DNA of 32,000 nt from a virus. This document shows, in pieces, positions 29,207 to 32,000 of the stretch; positions within the stretch are counted from its first letter, which is position 1, and each line of letters begins with the position of its first letter. The position numbers and the translations under genes were made by a program. The stretch covers positions 1 to 32,000 of IMG/VR virus record IMGVR_UViG_3300045988_175865, one strand, 5' to 3'. The notes under the pieces are model-generated. The model had not been told where the DNA came from. It searched no databases and worked only from the letters and a program-made list of their open reading frames with translations.

Positions 29207-29553
29207 TATACTAATGCATCAAATTCTCCAGGAACTGCTAAAATATCTTCAATATTCTTTTTAACATAATCCTCAACCTTTATAGTTACTAAACCTACAA
29301 CTTTTAATTTAATTTCATCTGGGATGAGGTAGGTAAAAATAATAGTATTACGGTTATCTATTCTTTTATATAGTGATAAATAAACATTTGGTATATATTC
29401 TTTATTTTCATCTAACATAAGAGAAAATTCTATAGAGTAAACTTTATTTTTTCTTAGAATTATACTCATATCTCTATATCTAATATAACCTTCTTCAACA
29501 GTTCAGGTGTTTAAAATAGTAAGTATTTGTTCGTTTGTTAACATATTATTCAT
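29206..29553 (-). CDS. Hypothetical protein
   Basis: ORF-track 29206..29469 extends through one TGA to the ATG at 29553 (116 codons). Confidence 0.45.
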
Positions 29554-29653
29554 ATATCTATAGTACTTTATTAAGTTCTTCGGCTCCATATTAAGAATAC
29601 TACTAACTTAAGTTTATAAGCTTCAATTTTACCAGGATCCATTAACATCTTTA

Positions 29654-30562
29654 CTAGTACTTGATTTCATTTGATACTACATCTTTTGGTACACATTTTT
29701 TACAATAAGGGCTAATCCAGCCTCTAGTTATATATTTAGCTTTGGCCCCACAACATATACATGTTCTTTCTGAAAGTTCTTCGTACGTATTAATGATAGG
29801 ATATTCACAACCATTTGGAGAACCATTAGAATACCAAGCAAGCATCCCAAACTTCTCCTTAATCTGCATAATCCTATACTTATATAGGTAATTATGCTTT
29901 TTGAGAACTTTCTTCAGATCCTTACACATCTGTATACCAAAAGCTTTCCTTCACCCAGTAGGCATATCATCTAGTTCTGTAGATGTAGGGATAAAACAGA
30001 TTCTGTTTATAATATTATCCCAAATAAAAATAATAGAATTGTACACTTTCTTATAGAACTTATCTACGCAAATTTTGAGTGTTTTAAAAGCAAATCCATA
30101 ATTATACTTTGTTATCTTATTTTTATGAACATGATATATAATATATGGATAATTAGTAAATATATTAGTAGAAGTAGTTATACCAGTAATAGTAAAGCCC
30201 TTTCCAACATGTTTCTGAAGATTAAATTCAAGCGGCGAATCAATGTATGTACTTTCAAATTTTAATATACCAGAAGGGGTTAAGTTAACATTGAAATTAT
30301 ATTTACCAACATCTCTAATGATAGAATTAAATTCAGTGCATTCTTTAGGGTCTTTATAAAATTTATATGATAAATTAATTTCAGTATAAGCTTTTTTGTA
30401 ATATTTATTACTTAATTTCACAAGCCAATTAGGACTTACTTGATGTTTGTCTGTAAATCTATTTCTAGGGTATAAAAAAGGAAATCTAATACACAAGTAG
30501 ACACACTTAGGAATTCTAAGTATCCTATTTATTTTATATTTTAATCTATGAAGGTATTTCAT
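29654..30562 (-). CDS. Hypothetical protein with a C-terminal IKEKFG motif and zinc ribbon
   Basis: ORF-track 29951..30562 and 29654..29929 are in one frame and are joined by TGA at 29951. C-terminal features are QIKEKFGMLAWY and CICCG...CKKC. TAG stop. Confidence 0.55.
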
Positions 30563-30908
30563 CTACACATTTTTTAAAATCTAAAAACATCTTATTCTCC
30601 GAATGATTTTCAAGTAATTCATCTAATGATGATGCTACATCTGAAACTAATTCAGAATTAGGGTCAGAAAGGTAATCATATAGCTCATTAAATGTAGAGA
30701 ACTTGTTTTTATCTGAACCTATAGCATACAACCATATTAACTCAGAGTTGTATTCTCCAAAGTATAGTTCCAATAAAATACATACAGTACCACAAGCTAG
30801 TTGTTTTATTTCTATTAAATCTTTAGAGCACTTAGAATCTACAAACCGTGTTTTTTGAATGCATACTATTATAGCTAACAAATCTTCTCTGTTTAATTTA
30901 TGTTTCAT
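30546..30908 (-). CDS. Hypothetical protein
   Basis: 120-aa ORF that overlaps the downstream gene by 17 nt. Confidence 0.5.
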   Translation of the reverse strand: MKHKLNREDLLAIIVCIQKTRFVDSKCSKDLIEIKQLACGTVCILLELYFGEYNSELIWLYAIGSDKNKFSTFNELYDYLSDPNSELVSDVASSLDELLENHSENKMFLDFKKCVDEIPS

Positions 30909-31049
30909 TATATATCAATTTTATATTTTAAAGTCTTCATAATAAGTAGTTAGGAATAGGCTTATCTGCGGCAGTATAATTAAAATATTTAATTATTACT
31001 AGCTTTATATCTGATTTCGTCCTTGCAGTATCTCTTAAATAAATTAGTA

Positions 31050-32000
31050 TTAAGTATTATCATCCTTTTGATATATAATTAAATCACTTGTAGTACGACT
31101 ACAGGCTACATATTGTAACTGCCGAAGTTCTTCTTTATTTGTACATCTCCAGATATTCTCCATATCTATCATTACAATAGAATATTGAGATGACTGTGAT
31201 TTATGAGTTGATATACAATATCCATAATCTAGTGATTTACGTTTAATTATCCTATTATCGTATCTTATATCAAAAGTAGTTAAAAATGATTCTGATAAAT
31301 CATAATATTTACGCCATAAAGCATTAACTCTTTTTTTATATACATTATTCTTATCAGCATTAACCGTAGATAACCTAAGTCATTCTAACCTATAAGCTAG
31401 ATTATTAATATTTTTTTCTGAATTATCTTTAGATAATACTATTACTTTAAAAGTAGAATCATCTGATTTTAACCCTAATTCCCAAGCATTTAATTCTAAA
31501 TACTTAGTTTTATTTACTGATGTTATAATATAATCACGAGAATTTTCTATTTTTAATCCTAAATAGTTAGTTGTGTCATAACCTGTTAGAACTTCTCCAA
31601 CAACAAATTCTTCTTTATATCCTAAATATTCTCTAATTAATTTATTTAATGCTTTAATTCTATTATTAGTATAAGAAACTAATTTTATTAAATTAGAATC
31701 ACTAAAATCTTTAGATATTTTAAATAAATAACTATACTTTTTAAGCATTTGTACAATATTGTTACATACTGTAATATTAGAATAATCATCAGAAATGCTT
31801 TTAAATTTATATAATGGCTTTTCTCTTAAATAATTTAATACTTTAGATAAACAACTTTCTTTTTGTCTATATATCTTATTTAGATAAATTGTTCTATTAC
31901 TAAATGCTTTAGAAGGTTTATTTTCTTTTACAGAATAAAGCTGTTTAGGATCTCCTACAAATACTATCTTTGATGACTTATATTCTTTTAATAGTAAATC
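31050..32000 (-). CDS. SF1B RecD/Dda-like DNA helicase (C-terminal part; N-terminus outside window)
   Basis: Open to the window edge. IVFVGDPKQL (motif III) lies near 31940. One TGA at 31380. ISTHKSQSSQYSIVMID (motif V) and LQYVACSRTTSDLII (motif VI). TAA at 31050. Confidence 0.8.

Noticed and set aside
29554-29653. A 23-codon ORF (MDPGKIEAYKLKLVVFLIWSRRT) in the gap between two genes.
   Set aside because: It is too short and has no motif or coupling signal. I treat the region as intergenic.
30909-31049. A possible promoter in the 140-nt gap upstream of the 30908 gene, and similarly at 22736-22804.
   Set aside because: The region is AT-rich, but I could not identify a motif shared among the intergenic regions, either sigma-70-like or Bacteroidota TTTG/TAnnTTTG-like. 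I have not called it.
1-32000. TGA could encode Gly (code 25, as in SR1/Gracilibacteria) instead of Trp.
   Set aside because: TGA falls at the strongly conserved Trp of the LAGLIDADG second motif (WIMDDG, WFMDDG) and in other Trp-typical aromatic contexts. Gly would not fit there. This has not been tested by alignment.
1-32000. I searched for tRNA genes (especially a UCA-anticodon suppressor), rRNA genes, CRISPR repeats and terminal or inverted repeats of transposons.
   Set aside because: No cloverleaf-like GC-rich segments or regularly spaced repeats were seen by eye. The only structured non-coding stretches are explained by the intron cores and the terminator. A suppressor tRNA, if present, must lie outside this window. 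This was not verified with tRNAscan.

Overview
AT-rich fragment of a large dsDNA phage genome, most consistent by inference with a crAss-like podophage lineage. It has two convergent modules that meet at a bidirectional hairpin terminator near 15.04-15.08 kb.

(1) The + strand (1-15037) carries two giant genes. They are open only if TGA is read as an amino acid.
- Gene 1 is longer than 8.4 kb of coding sequence and its 5' end lies outside the window. It contains an RNA-polymerase beta-prime-like double-psi beta-barrel with a DxDxD motif and a C-terminal HExxH zincin motif. Two group I introns interrupt it, each carrying a LAGLIDADG homing endonuclease.
- Gene 2 (10637-15037, about 1466 aa) carries a RecB/Cas4-like PD-(D/E)xK nuclease domain and hydrophobic C-terminal segments.

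(2) The - strand (15105-32000) is a replication and nucleotide-metabolism module. It encodes:
- a clear translation initiation factor IF-3 homologue;
- a T4 gp1-like dNMP kinase;
- a MoxR-type AAA+ ATPase, split in its Walker A motif by a third endonuclease-bearing group I intron, followed by a vWA/metallopeptidase partner;
- ThyX;
- a family B DNA polymerase, split in motif A (DxxSLYPS) by a fourth, ORF-less group I intron with textbook P1/P10 pairings;
- a PNK-like kinase and a RecD/Dda-like SF1 helicase (partial);
- many small hypothetical ORFs, often chained by TAATG stop/start overlaps.

TAA and TAG act as stops, while TGA behaves as Trp (code-4-like). TGA use is patchy across genes. No tRNA, rRNA or CRISPR array was seen. 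All calls rest on reading the sequence and on motif recollection; no database search was run.
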